A DNA stretch of 64,000 nucleotides. Origin: Gammaproteobacteria bacterium. GTDB taxonomy: Bacteria; Pseudomonadota; Gammaproteobacteria; Eutrophobiales; Eutrophobiaceae. Of this stretch, positions 1 through 10,847 are shown piece after piece. Position 1 is the stretch's first letter. Every line of letters starts with the position of its first letter. Position numbers and translations under genes: made by a program. Location: the NCBI GenBank assembly GCA_965238225.1, contig OZ250183.1:672001-736000 (forward strand), given 5' to 3'. The notes below the pieces were generated by a model that ran no database searches, was not told the DNA's origin, and was given only the letters and a program-made list of their open reading frames with translations.

Positions 1-345
1 AACCCCTCCAGCGACATAACCACTCAGTATTATTATATTGGGAATGGGTGCAACCAACATTTCCTCAATATGTTTTTGAAATTTTGCTCCAAAGAAAGAT
101 GAGACAACATTAGCATAAGAGCTATTGATGATAGACATCATAATAATACCGGGCGCTATATACTGGATATAATTGAATCCATCCATCTGTCCGATACGAG
201 ATCCTATCAGATTACCAAAAATGACAAAATAGAGCGACATGCTAACTGCGGGAGGCAAGACAGTCTGTACCCAGATACGCACAAACCGATTCACCTCTTT
301 GGTAACAATGGTACGAAATGCAGTGAAATATAAATTTGTATTCAT
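1..345 (-). CDS. yadH: ABC-2 type transporter permease (YadH-like), truncated by window edge
   Basis: Hand translation from ATG at 345: MNTNLYFTAFRTIVTKEVNRFVRIWVQTVLPPAVSMSLYFVIFGNLIGSRIG...; directly downstream of a yadG-like ATPase. Confidence 0.85.
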   Translation of the reverse strand, partial: MNTNLYFTAFRTIVTKEVNRFVRIWVQTVLPPAVSMSLYFVIFGNLIGSRIGQMDGFNYIQYIAPGIIMMSIINSSYANVVSSFFGAKFQKHIEEMLVAPIPNIIILSGYVAGGV

Positions 346-347
346 GT

Positions 348-1271
348 TTAGCTGTCAGATTTATTTTCTTCAAGGAGTCTGATAAATAGCTCCTCAAGGC
401 GATTAGATTTATTCCGCATACTGAGCGCTTCAATTTTTTGCTCGGATAATTGTTTGAATAAATTATTAAGACTTTGTTGTCTGGATATATCGATTTGTAA
501 TGTTGAATCATCGATCATAAGGTAATTATAATCATTGATATTCGGCGCGGTTGATTGGAGCTTCTTTATATCAAAAATAAATGTCTCAATATCTAGTTTT
601 GACAGGATTAATTTTATTGAAGTATTTTCAATAATATTTCCTTTGTCGATAATAGCGATGTTTCTGCAAAGATTTTCAGCTTCCTCAAGGTAATGTGTTG
701 TTAGCACTATTGTCGTTCCCTGTTCGTTAATCTTGATTAAAAAATCCCACATTGAACGCCGCAATTCAACATCAACCCCTGCGGTCGGTTCATCAAGTAT
801 CAGTAATTTTGGCTTATGAATTAGTGCACGAGCCATCATCAATCTTTGTTTCAAGCCGCCTGATAATGTGTGAGAAGGGTCGTTACGTTTCCCCCAAAGC
901 CCCATGACACTCATATATTCTTCGGCACGCTCATACGCCACCCTTTTATTTATCCCGTAGTAACCAGCCTGATTAATGAGAATCTCAAGCGGACTTTCAA
1001 ATTGCGAAAAATTTACTTCTTGAGGGGTGAAGCCTATAAGTGATTTTGCTTCAATAGAGTGGGAATCAATATTCAGACCAAAAATACTTACTTCTCCATC
1101 AGTCTTATTTACCAGAGAAGTAACAATGCCAATGGTTGTTGATTTTCCTGCGCCATTTGGTCCGAGCAGGGCAAAAAAATCTCCTTCACTGATTTCTAGG
1201 TTAATTCCTTTTAAGGCCTGAAAACCATTTTTGTAGGTCTTTTTTAGATTTTTAATTTGCAGTGCCTTCAC
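348..1271 (-). CDS. yadG: ABC transporter ATP-binding protein (YadG-like)
   Basis: Walker A GPNGAGKST, LSGG signature, LILDEPT Walker B, C-terminal MRNKSNRLEELF. Confidence 0.85.
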   Translation of the reverse strand: MKALQIKNLKKTYKNGFQALKGINLEISEGDFFALLGPNGAGKSTTIGIVTSLVNKTDGEVSIFGLNIDSHSIEAKSLIGFTPQEVNFSQFESPLEILINQAGYYGINKRVAYERAEEYMSVMGLWGKRNDPSHTLSGGLKQRLMMARALIHKPKLLILDEPTAGVDVELRRSMWDFLIKINEQGTTIVLTTHYLEEAENLCRNIAIIDKGNIIENTSIKLILSKLDIETFIFDIKKLQSTAPNINDYNYLMIDDSTLQIDISRQQSLNNLFKQLSEQKIEALSMRNKSNRLEELFIRLLEENKSDS

Positions 1272-1572
1272 GAGAATATTATAGCAGATACCGTATTACA
1301 ACGAGTATTTTTTAGAATTGGCAGCTAAAGAAAATAAAAATAAATTATTAAAGGATGCGTATTTAATTTTTCTTATTATAGATAATTACACTCTTTCGTT
1401 AAGAATGATTTTATTTATTAATGACCTAAATTTTCTAAAATACGAACGTTTTATAGATAAAATTCCAAGATAGAATTTAAATTAATATCACAAAAATTAT
1501 GCACTAAGGCATGAATTAATATGACAAATTAATGTAGTAATGATAGTGACCTTACCAAGCTTTTAACTGAGT

Positions 1573-4500
1573 TTAAGCTTGTGACCCGAGTACATAATCT
1601 AGCCACAAATCAGATAATTTTTCTTGTACGGTATTTTGCCTGAGACGGGCATCTAAATTTGAAAAATCTACCCTGTCCAAATCCTGATCCTGATTGTAAC
1701 AGGAATATACAAAATATTCTTCTCCAGTATGAGGGTCAACGTGTTTACATAAACACTGCGCACAGACACCTTTCATCATGCACTGCATAGGGGAATTAAT
1801 CGATCCAATCGCCGTGTGTTCAGGTTTTAGATAGGGTTTTAATTGTTCCTCCCGTGCTTTTTTTACTGCCGCCATCATTTTATCAGAACCGATAACGATC
1901 ATTTGATCAACATCTTTCAGATTAATGGTTATTTCACCGAGCTGCCCTTTTGCATAGGATTCAATCGATTCAATAATATTGCCAATACATGTCCTGTCTT
2001 GTATCCGTGTCGGTTTTATGGTTTCGACTCCAAGTGCTGGGTCAACAGACCATACAATAACGTCAGAAGCCTCTTCAATATCTTTAACTTTAAACACGTC
2101 AGTCGGACTCTTGTAACCTGCAAAATAAATAACTTTATTGTTAGTTTTACGCAGTGCCTTGCCGATAGAAAATTGCACAGCATTCCCAAGACCACCGCCA
2201 ACTAGCATGATTGTCATGCCTTCACTGATTTCAGTTGGCTCACCTGTAACACCCATAACGACAAGAGGATCATCCGGTTTCCACAAGGAACACAATTTTG
2301 AAGAACTCCCCATTTCTAATGTGATGAGTGAAATGATTCCAGTTTCCTTATTAACTTCGGCACCAGTTAGTGCTAAGCCTTCCGCAGCAAGCACTGTACC
2401 ATGAGAAACTGGCGCTAGGCTTTCTAAATTTTGGACGCGGTAGAATTGTCCTGGCTGGAATTTTCTGGCTTGCATAGGTGCTTTGACAAGCACTTCTATA
2501 ATAGTTGGTGTTAGCCTGTTAACTTCTACGACTGTCGCAAGCAATTCATTATCCAGATGATCAAAGAGTTTTTTTAAGGATTGATCTCTATCCATCTGCT
2601 TTTCAGGATCAAGTGTTTTTAGTTCTTGTTCGAATAATTTAACAACATAAGGATAACCATCTTTAGCGCTGGCCATGGCTTTAACGACGTTACCCGCATA
2701 TACAGGATGATTGTCGCCGTAGAAAGATATAAATCTTCCGTTTCTACAGTACGATGTCATAGGCGCGGGTTTGCCAATCTTTGGTTGTGCTGCATCATCC
2801 ATTGGTACCAGTTCGGGAAGTTTGGAGTTGTTCCAACGTGGCTCATAACGTTGGAAGAATTTACCATCCATGCGAAAGGTGTAGGGAATTTCCTGCTCAT
2901 AGATTGTATTTGGTGAAGTCCCAGCAGCAATAAATAGACTGCGTAACGGGACATTCAGTAAATTATCTTCACCGATCCATCTACCTTCTTTTTCAACCAG
3001 CAAGTCAAAATTAACCGCTTTTAATGCACCATATTCATCTTCAATAGCTTCATAAGGACTCATGCCTTCAGCAAGCTGAATGCCTTCTTGTAGTGCTTCG
3101 TGAATTTCTTCATGGTTTTGTTTATATGCTGGTGCATCCTTAATTCCTTTGCGATAGAACATGGTGACACCGCCCCATTGGTCAATCAATGGTTGAAAGT
3201 TTGGTGATTCTCCAACAGCTTTAGCTCTGTTACGTTCTGTACAAATTGCACGACCATGCTGTATAAATTCATCTAGTATTATGATTTCTTCTTTGTCATA
3301 ACGAGCACGAATAATTTTCTCTCCTTTTTCTAACACCAGTTTTTCATAACGATGAAGAATTTTCTCAACTTGAACGGGATAATACGCCATGACCTCGGTG
3401 GTTGTATCAAGGGCAGTCAGACCTCCGCCAATGACTCCAGCTGGCAGACGAACTTGTAAATTTGCGAGCGATGATTCCTTCGCTGCCCCGGTAAGCTGTA
3501 GTGACATGAGAAAATCAGAGGCTTTGCGTATGCCTCTGATAAGGTTGTTTTTGAGCCCGATAATAGTGGGTTTGCCGGCACCATTGGCAATAGCAATATG
3601 ATCAAAACCTAAATTCCATGCTTCTTCTATGGTTATTGTGCCGCCAAAACGGACACCACCATAACATTTGAAGGACTGACGTCTGGCAAGATTCAGGTAG
3701 ATGACCTTGAGAAAATTTTTATCCCATCGAACAGTAATTCCATATTCAGCAACACCACCAAACCCCGCAAGCATTCTTTTATCCAAGTCCTCATAGAGTT
3801 CGCTGAAATCTTTTACTGGCGTTGGTAATTTATCATTGGTACCAATGAGTTTATTTGGCAGTGGTTCAATTTTTAAAGCATCGACACCGACGACGCCAAA
3901 GCCTTCACTAACAAGATAATGTGATAAAGTGTATCCGGCTGGCCCCAAACCAACCACTAGGGTATTTTTACCATTATATGGCAGGGCGTAAGGACGTTTG
4001 ATATTGAGCGGGTTCCAGCGAGTCAGCAGGCTATATATTTCAAATCCCCAAGGCATGAACAGAACATCAGTTAACACATTCGTTTCAATTTGTGGGATAT
4101 TAACTGGTTCTGTTTTCTGGTAAATGCAGCTTTTCATACATTCATTACAGATACGATGTCCGGTTCCCGGAACCATAGGATTATCAATCGTAATAAGTGC
4201 CAGCGCGCCGATATTGTCCCCTTGCCGTTTGAGGATATGCATTTCCGAAATTTTTTGTTCAAGTGGACAGCCTGTGATGGCGGTACCAATATCTGTCGAT
4301 TTAAAACCACCCGTTTTTTTATTACGCATGCCTTTTGAGCATGAATCTGTATCTCGGTCATGACAATAGATGCAGTGGTCTACTTCATATAGAGTTTCTC
4401 TTGTATTGAAACGTAGATCAGTCAGACTAAAACCATCCCGACGTCTATGCTCATGTTTAGGGCAAACCCATGTCTTAAAACCATCACGCTGCTTCATCTC

Positions 4501-5304
4501 GTGATGAACAAGATTATTTGAGTCTGTTTTCTTTGGGTTTTTGAAACTTACCCATCCAACAACTAATTTTGAAAGTTCATCATCATTTTGTGCGGCATAA
4601 CTCCAACGCTGAACCACATCTAATAATCTATTAATGAATTCAGACGTTTGTTCTTCTGAAAGCGCAGATTTAAAAGTAGTTTTTGCATCCGTATTTTCAC
4701 TGATTAATTTTCGTATTTCCGATACCTGTATATCCGCATCATCTATGTGATCACATTGATCTTCAGGCTTACCTTTAGTAATAAGCTGATAATGGTTTGC
4801 AAGTCGTATCAGTTTTGCGCCGATACGACTGATACTTCTTTCTGCATCCGGATCGTTTGCAGCGACAGGGAAGGCCGCTTTCTTCAATAGTTCTAGATCA
4901 GAGCGTATCTTTACGATGTCCCAATTTGAAATATCTTCATTTTTGAATTTTAATTTACCGACGACTTCATTGCGATAGATAAAAATTGAATCGACTTCTT
5001 CTTTTATCAACTGGGTTTGCGCAGCAACTTCATCTTCTATCTGAAAAATCTTTGTAACAAATTTCCCTACATAAGGTGCCATGCGAATTAATAAATCAGA
5101 GATAACTTGTGGGGACATATTTTCACCCTGACGGTTCTGATATTCTTGAAATTCAGAAAATAAATCCTGATCATGTTGTTGTACAGAATCTTTAAATGTC
5201 TTGTGTAAATCACGAAGACGAAGCGGCTGATGCAAATCAGCATAAGTATATCCATTAATTCCAAGAGGAAAATCTTTGTTCGTTATTTTTGTATTTGATG
5301 ACAA
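1573..5304 (-). CDS. Large Fe-S flavoprotein: GltD/NfnB-like module fused to a C-terminal FNR/NfnA(PyrK)-like module
   Basis: Fe-S motifs CIYCH...CSKG...GCP and GHRICNECMKSC; GLGPAG and GGGLTALD nucleotide-binding motifs; C-terminal GGGLGNA and SPMQCMMKGVCAQC [2Fe-2S] motif. Confidence 0.75.
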   Translation of the reverse strand: MSSNTKITNKDFPLGINGYTYADLHQPLRLRDLHKTFKDSVQQHDQDLFSEFQEYQNRQGENMSPQVISDLLIRMAPYVGKFVTKIFQIEDEVAAQTQLIKEEVDSIFIYRNEVVGKLKFKNEDISNWDIVKIRSDLELLKKAAFPVAANDPDAERSISRIGAKLIRLANHYQLITKGKPEDQCDHIDDADIQVSEIRKLISENTDAKTTFKSALSEEQTSEFINRLLDVVQRWSYAAQNDDELSKLVVGWVSFKNPKKTDSNNLVHHEMKQRDGFKTWVCPKHEHRRRDGFSLTDLRFNTRETLYEVDHCIYCHDRDTDSCSKGMRNKKTGGFKSTDIGTAITGCPLEQKISEMHILKRQGDNIGALALITIDNPMVPGTGHRICNECMKSCIYQKTEPVNIPQIETNVLTDVLFMPWGFEIYSLLTRWNPLNIKRPYALPYNGKNTLVVGLGPAGYTLSHYLVSEGFGVVGVDALKIEPLPNKLIGTNDKLPTPVKDFSELYEDLDKRMLAGFGGVAEYGITVRWDKNFLKVIYLNLARRQSFKCYGGVRFGGTITIEEAWNLGFDHIAIANGAGKPTIIGLKNNLIRGIRKASDFLMSLQLTGAAKESSLANLQVRLPAGVIGGGLTALDTTTEVMAYYPVQVEKILHRYEKLVLEKGEKIIRARYDKEEIIILDEFIQHGRAICTERNRAKAVGESPNFQPLIDQWGGVTMFYRKGIKDAPAYKQNHEEIHEALQEGIQLAEGMSPYEAIEDEYGALKAVNFDLLVEKEGRWIGEDNLLNVPLRSLFIAAGTSPNTIYEQEIPYTFRMDGKFFQRYEPRWNNSKLPELVPMDDAAQPKIGKPAPMTSYCRNGRFISFYGDNHPVYAGNVVKAMASAKDGYPYVVKLFEQELKTLDPEKQMDRDQSLKKLFDHLDNELLATVVEVNRLTPTIIEVLVKAPMQARKFQPGQFYRVQNLESLAPVSHGTVLAAEGLALTGAEVNKETGIISLITLEMGSSSKLCSLWKPDDPLVVMGVTGEPTEISEGMTIMLVGGGLGNAVQFSIGKALRKTNNKVIYFAGYKSPTDVFKVKDIEEASDVIVWSVDPALGVETIKPTRIQDRTCIGNIIESIESYAKGQLGEITINLKDVDQMIVIGSDKMMAAVKKAREEQLKPYLKPEHTAIGSINSPMQCMMKGVCAQCLCKHVDPHTGEEYFVYSCYNQDQDLDRVDFSNLDARLRQNTVQEKLSDLWLDYVLGSQA

Positions 5305-5583
5305 TATAACCGCCTCATTTTTACTTATTAAACACGCGTGATTTAAACTCGCCTTTACATATTTTCAGGATAAATTTAAGAGGAGCAATGTAGTGGAGTA
5401 TAAATATAATTATAATTAATATTCTTATAATTTATAAGAATAAGAAACATTACTTCTTATTCACTCTAAGCAACACCATAAACCTTGGAACCTTGCGAGT
5501 CTGGCCTAAGGAGTGTGCGGTATTTTGGTTTGGAGCTGGTCAGAGTGAAATTAAATTATTCAGCTTAGGATCTGGTTTAATTT

Positions 5584-5928
5584 TCACTCTTGTCGCTCGT
5601 TATTCTTGCGCGAAGTACTTTTCTTTTTTGTCACTTTTTTAAGACTTTGCGCTTTTATATCCCCTTCAGAGAAAGGGCTGAAAGGAAACGGACGTTTTTC
5701 GGATTGAAAAGTAACATAGTGCAAAACTTGTATTGTGTAGGAAGTTATTGTCGCGCTGAATCGTTTAAGATTATCATTTAGCCTGCCAGTTAGAACCTTA
5801 GTGATAAACTGAAAGACAACCAGTAGCCAGATGATGCAATAGAGGACATAAAAAATTACCCCAAAAACCAGAATGAAGAATCCTCTAATCCACGTATCCG
5901 TATTTTTTATATTATCTTTAATATTCAT
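5584..5928 (-). CDS. DUF4389-like membrane protein
   Basis: TWIRGFFILVF...QFITKVLTG..N..L..F...YVTFQSEKRPFPFS pattern. Confidence 0.7.
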   Translation of the reverse strand: MNIKDNIKNTDTWIRGFFILVFGVIFYVLYCIIWLLVVFQFITKVLTGRLNDNLKRFSATITSYTIQVLHYVTFQSEKRPFPFSPFSEGDIKAQSLKKVTKKKSTSRKNNERQE

Positions 5929-6241
5929 TTTTCATTCCTTAATCTTAAATTCGCATTCTTTAAATTTGTTTGTAAAAAACAGCAGAACTCAATATTTATT
6001 GCTGTGGATTATACCACTCAAGCCAGTAAAAAGTTACATTGATATCACATGAATACTAAAGATTTTGTGCAGCACCTACTCTTCTGGAACTTTTGAGTAT
6101 AAGCTGGCTTTACGAGCACAACTCATAAGGTGGTAAGGCGTAAGGACTTGCCCGTGCACGGGTTTTAGTGGAAGTAGGTTTTTAATGGAAAATCAGCATG
6201 TTGCTTGCCGTGTGGATTGGCCTGCTGCTGTATTCCGATGA

Positions 6242-6544
6242 ATGAACAAAATCATGAAACAAGAAGATAATAAGCAAGCCCAAACAGAGGAAACCTTAAT
6301 GACATTTCCATGTAGTTTTCCGGTAAAGGTAATGGGGGAAGCGGCTGATAATTTTGATGGTTTGATCGCAGAGATTGTGCGTAAACATTTTCCTGATTTA
6401 ACTGAAAGCTCAGTAAAAACAAAACTAAGTCGTGGAAGAAAATATATTTCAGTGACGGTAACTGTAAACGCACAAAGCAAAAAACAGCTTGATGATATTT
6501 ATCTTGAGCTAACAGCGCATGAACGCGTTTTGATGGCATTGTAA
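6242..6544 (+). CDS. ybeD: YbeD/DUF493 family protein
   Basis: FPCSFPVKVMG and SRGRKYISVTV motifs; directly upstream of lipB. Confidence 0.85.
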   Translation: MNKIMKQEDNKQAQTEETLMTFPCSFPVKVMGEAADNFDGLIAEIVRKHFPDLTESSVKTKLSRGRKYISVTVTVNAQSKKQLDDIYLELTAHERVLMAL

Positions 6545-6545
6545 G

Positions 6546-7214
6546 ATGTCTTTTGAGCCTATTATCAAGAATAAGGGGTTGTGCGATTATGCAGAAACCT
6601 ATATTGCAATGTCCCGTTTTACTGATAATCGAAATACGACAACAACTGATGAAATCTGGTGTTTACAACATTTACCAGTTTATACATTAGGATTAAATGG
6701 CCATCGTAAGCACATCATAAACCCAAGAAAAATACCCGTGATTGAAACTGATCGTGGTGGTCAGGTGACGTATCATGGCCCAGGACAACTGATAGTTTAC
6801 TTATTGTTAGACATAAAACGCAAGTCTATTGGTGTTAAGGATTATGTGTATCGTTTGGAACAATCAGTGATTGATATGTTGGAGGTGTATAATATCGTGG
6901 GTCATGGAAGAACAGGCGCTCCGGGGATTTATGTTGATAATAAAAAAATCTCAGCCTTAGGAATCAGAGTCCGAAAAGGCTGCGCGTATCATGGCTTATC
7001 TATTAATATTGATATGGACTTAACGCCATATAATGATATACATACGTGTGGATATTCTGATCTTGAAGTAACGCAGATGTGCGCGCTTGGAATAGAGGAT
7101 ACTTTAGTGCAAATAACAAATACATTCCTGCCTTTCCTGTTAAAACAAATGTATTCTTCAGAAGAAAATATTAACATTATTAGTGAGACTGACTCAAAGA
7201 TTCAGACTGCTTAA
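6546..7214 (+). CDS. lipB: Octanoyltransferase LipB
   Basis: TDRGGQVTYHGPGQL and KISALGIRV motifs. Confidence 0.95.
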   Translation: MSFEPIIKNKGLCDYAETYIAMSRFTDNRNTTTTDEIWCLQHLPVYTLGLNGHRKHIINPRKIPVIETDRGGQVTYHGPGQLIVYLLLDIKRKSIGVKDYVYRLEQSVIDMLEVYNIVGHGRTGAPGIYVDNKKISALGIRVRKGCAYHGLSINIDMDLTPYNDIHTCGYSDLEVTQMCALGIEDTLVQITNTFLPFLLKQMYSSEENINIISETDSKIQTA

Positions 7215-7235
7215 TTAATATGGAACTCTTAATTT

Positions 7236-8276
7236 ATGTCTAATAAAAATATGCTTGGTGATGTTCAAAAAAAACCATCTCGAGACCAACGTGGAAAATT
7301 AAAAACTGCGAAAATCCCTATTAAAGTCATCCCCATGGAAGGCAAGCCTGCGCGTAAGCCATCATGGATCCGATCCAAAGCGCCTATTGGAAATAAAGTT
7401 GCACATCTAAAAACTTTACTTCGTGAACAAAATTTACACACAGTTTGTGAGGAGGCAGCTTGCCCAAATTTAGGCGAATGTTTCTCGCACGGTACCGCAA
7501 CATTTATGATTATGGGCGATGTTTGTACGCGGCGCTGTCCGTTTTGTGATGTTGCCCATGGCCGCCCCAAACCTTTGGATTTAAACGAGCCAGAACACCT
7601 CGCACAGGCAATCAGCAAGATGAATCTAAATTATGTCGTTATTACCTCAGTTGATCGTGATGATTTAAAAGATGGAGGTGCCAGTCATTTTTCAGCATGT
7701 ATTGAAGCGGTTCGCAATAAATCACCAAGTATAAAAATTGAGATATTGGTGCCTGATTTCAGGAGACGTATGGAAATTGCTTTGAACACATTATCCAAGT
7801 CACCGCCTGATGTGTTTAATCATAATCTTGAGACTATCCCGCGCTTGTATAGAAAGGCTCGACCCGGAGCAGATTATGACTGGTCATTACAATTGATTAA
7901 AAAATTTAAGGCGCTTCATCCTGAGCGTCCCACTAAATCAGGTTTGATGTTGGGCTTAGGAGAATCTTTGGATGAAGTAAAAGAAGTGCTGCAAGATTTA
8001 CGAGCGCATGATTGCGACATGCTTACCCTCGGGCAATATTTACAGCCGAGCCGCTTTCATCTTCCAGTGGAACGCTTTGTAAGCCCTAATGAATTTACAG
8101 AATTGGGCAGTTATGCAGAAGACTTAGGGTTTCAGAATGTAGCCAGTGCGCCCATGGTACGTTCTTCTTACCATGCAGATATGCAGGCAGCTGGGGAGGC
8201 ATTAGAAGTTGTTACGGGTGTTCTTGATGATAGCCTTGGCAAACATTTCAGCAGCATCGACTTCGATGATCGTTAA
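7236..8276 (+). CDS. lipA: Lipoyl synthase
   Basis: [20 protein letters not shown] and RSSY motifs. Confidence 0.97.
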   Translation: MSNKNMLGDVQKKPSRDQRGKLKTAKIPIKVIPMEGKPARKPSWIRSKAPIGNKVAHLKTLLREQNLHTVCEEAACPNLGECFSHGTATFMIMGDVCTRRCPFCDVAHGRPKPLDLNEPEHLAQAISKMNLNYVVITSVDRDDLKDGGASHFSACIEAVRNKSPSIKIEILVPDFRRRMEIALNTLSKSPPDVFNHNLETIPRLYRKARPGADYDWSLQLIKKFKALHPERPTKSGLMLGLGESLDEVKEVLQDLRAHDCDMLTLGQYLQPSRFHLPVERFVSPNEFTELGSYAEDLGFQNVASAPMVRSSYHADMQAAGEALEVVTGVLDDSLGKHFSSIDFDDR

Positions 8277-8326
8277 CGAGGCAAGTGAATTCAAGTTTTA
8301 CGCAGTTACAATGAGGAGAAAATTTT

Positions 8327-8692
8327 ATGAGTAAAAAATATGAAGAAATATATGGCGAACTAAAAAAGTTAATATTAGTATCTACACTAACCGTGGCGGG
8401 ACTTCTTGTCTTACAAGGCTGCGCTACTAAACACTATGGTCGCCAAGGTGTTTTATCCCATTATGAGAAAGATACAATGACGTGCAGGGAAATTGATCTT
8501 GAAATAGCACAGATGCGTGGATTTATTGATCATGTAAATAAAGAAAGTGAATTTAGCGGAAAAGATGTACTTGCGATATTAGGTGATTTTGGGATAGGTA
8601 ATGCTATGGAAAAAAGTTCAGCTATAGAGAGCGCAAATAATCGCATTAATGATTTGAGAGAATTGAAAGATGGTAAAAAATGCTTAAAATAG
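8327..8692 (+). CDS. Hypothetical lipoprotein
   Basis: Hydrophobic stretch followed by lipobox LQGC; GAGGAG RBS upstream. Confidence 0.6.
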   Translation: MSKKYEEIYGELKKLILVSTLTVAGLLVLQGCATKHYGRQGVLSHYEKDTMTCREIDLEIAQMRGFIDHVNKESEFSGKDVLAILGDFGIGNAMEKSSAIESANNRINDLRELKDGKKCLK

Positions 8693-8730
8693 TTCAACAA
8701 AACAATTTATAAGAAATATCGGTATGTATT

Positions 8731-9291
8731 ATGCGTGCTGTTAGCGAGGAAGATGTTGATCTATCAATGCTCCCAGAAAAATTTGTAGTTTTTGACCTTG
8801 AAACAACCGGGTTTAGTCCGAGAAAAAACGAAATAATTGAAATAGGCGCAGTAAAAATTAATCGCGATTTTGATAATCATGAAATATTTCAGGCGCTAAT
8901 AAAGCCAAACAAAGAGATACCAAGGAAGATAACCGAGATGACTGGTATAACTCAGGAGATGGTCGATAACGAAGGTGAAAACCTAGCATCCGCTTTGGAA
9001 GAGTTTGTTAATTTTATCGAAGATTTAAGACTTGTTGCATATAATGCAGATTTTGATATGCGTTTTATAAAAGAGGCATTAATGTCGCATGACATTACAA
9101 TAAAAAACCCAGTGTCATGCGCTCTAAAAATGGCGCGACGAGCTTGGCCTGGTCTAAAGAGTTACAAATTGAAAGATATAGCAAATATTAGAGGACTTTC
9201 TACTGAAGGAAATCATCGTGCTTTGAAGGATTGTGAATTAACAATTACCGTCTATTCAGAAGCGGCAGCAGAGCTCGGTTCAGTTAAGTGA
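8731..9291 (+). CDS. DEDDh 3'-5' exonuclease (DNA Pol III epsilon-like domain)
   Basis: FDLETTG, AYNADFD and HRALKD exonuclease motifs. Confidence 0.85.
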   Translation: MRAVSEEDVDLSMLPEKFVVFDLETTGFSPRKNEIIEIGAVKINRDFDNHEIFQALIKPNKEIPRKITEMTGITQEMVDNEGENLASALEEFVNFIEDLRLVAYNADFDMRFIKEALMSHDITIKNPVSCALKMARRAWPGLKSYKLKDIANIRGLSTEGNHRALKDCELTITVYSEAAAELGSVK

Positions 9292-9379
9292 AATATACGC
9301 AATCTAAAATTCACTTTTAAATTATTTTTTCTTAATATTCTTCTTAGTATTCCTTTTAAGAATTTTATTATTAGTTAAT

Positions 9380-10714
9380 TCATTCAACCGTGCACTTTGC
9401 CTCGCCTTGGTGAAAGCGTGTGATTATTTTATCCCCTGCGCTTAGTTGTTTTGCCTCGCGTATTATTTCCTGATTGTCATATTTTTGTACAATCGCATAA
9501 CCTCTACTTAAAGTTGCAAGCGGGCTCACCGTGTTTAATGCCCTTGTCGTCGTTTGTATTTGTGCATGCAGATTTTGGTAGTGATGATTTATTGCGCGTT
9601 GCAAGCGTTGATAGATTTGCTCAGACTGAGCTATAAAAAAATGTAATTTGTGTAAGGGGTTTTGTTTATTTAGAGCAGAAAGTTGTTCGTGTACTCTATA
9701 ATTTTGTTGTGCCACTATTTCTTTGCTTGAACGATGCATGCGTATAAAAAGATCGTCAAGCCTTTGCGCATGATTTTGTAATTGTGTTGCTGGACTGGTC
9801 AAGCATTTCCCTAGATGTATAATATTTTGTTTAAGCACTCTTAAGTTAGCCTGAAGAATTTGTGATAAACGGGTGTACTGAAGCGATAAAGTCTGTTTTA
9901 TTTGCATCTGATCCGGGCTAACTAACTCGGCTGCTGCCGTTGGTGTGGCGGCACGTTGGTCGGCAACAAAATCGGCAATGGTAAAATCAATCTCATGGCC
10001 GATTCCAGATACAACAGGAAGAGCACAAGCAAAAATAGCTCGAGCAAATGTTTCATCATTAAATGCCCAGAGGTCTTCTGTAGAACCTCCGCCACGCGCA
10101 ATAATAATCACATCACATTCATTTCTTTTTTCGGCAGTTTTGAGCATTACTGTAATTTTTTTTGCAGCACCATCGCCTTGAACAACCACAGGGTAAATTA
10201 TGATATTCCCTGCTGGATAGCGACGCTTTACGACACTTAAAATATCCCTGATGGCTGCACCTGTAGGAGATGTAATAATGCCGATTGTTTTAGGTATGGT
10301 GGGGATAGGTTTTTTATGGCGTTCTTCAAACAAACCTTCCTTAAATAATTTTTGTTTTAATTCTTCATATGCACGTTGAAGCTCGCCCTCGCCAGCAAGC
10401 TCCATATGTTCAATGATTAATTGAAATTCACCACGCCCTTCATAAAGACTGACATTTGCGTGAACCAGAACTTCCGCACCATTTTTTGGTTCAAATTTAA
10501 GGTATCGGTTTTTACCTTTAAACATGGCGCAGCGTACCTGAGAGTGAATATCTTTTAAGGAGAGATACATATGGCCTGAGGCAGGGCAGGCAAAATTTGA
10601 TATTTCGCCCTGTAACCAGATAGACGGAAAATTACCCTCTAATAGCGCACGAACTTCACGATTTAGCCGGGTAACATTGTAAATATTTTGTTGTTTGTGG
10701 GGGGTATCGCTCAT
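9380..10714 (-). CDS. xseA: Exodeoxyribonuclease VII large subunit
   Basis: GEISNF..SGH, ARGGGS, GHEIDFTIADFVAD motifs; divergent from guaB. Confidence 0.95.
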   Translation of the reverse strand: MSDTPHKQQNIYNVTRLNREVRALLEGNFPSIWLQGEISNFACPASGHMYLSLKDIHSQVRCAMFKGKNRYLKFEPKNGAEVLVHANVSLYEGRGEFQLIIEHMELAGEGELQRAYEELKQKLFKEGLFEERHKKPIPTIPKTIGIITSPTGAAIRDILSVVKRRYPAGNIIIYPVVVQGDGAAKKITVMLKTAEKRNECDVIIIARGGGSTEDLWAFNDETFARAIFACALPVVSGIGHEIDFTIADFVADQRAATPTAAAELVSPDQMQIKQTLSLQYTRLSQILQANLRVLKQNIIHLGKCLTSPATQLQNHAQRLDDLFIRMHRSSKEIVAQQNYRVHEQLSALNKQNPLHKLHFFIAQSEQIYQRLQRAINHHYQNLHAQIQTTTRALNTVSPLATLSRGYAIVQKYDNQEIIREAKQLSAGDKIITRFHQGEAKCTVE

Positions 10715-10847
10715 AACCTAATGCTACGTCAAAGAAACATCGCTTGGCAAAATAAATAATGATTTACCATTTTATCAGTTAGCGTTAGGATATGCGGCTA
10801 TTCTTTATCTTTAAACCAGTCAGTTAAGATGGGCAGATAGCATAAAT

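Noticed and set aside
5460-5549. Possible SRP or 6S RNA (TTCACTCT...AGAGTGAA closing stem)
   Set aside because: It lacks the SRP CAGG-GRAA-AGCAG core and the 6S length and central bubble; an 8-bp stem alone is insufficient.
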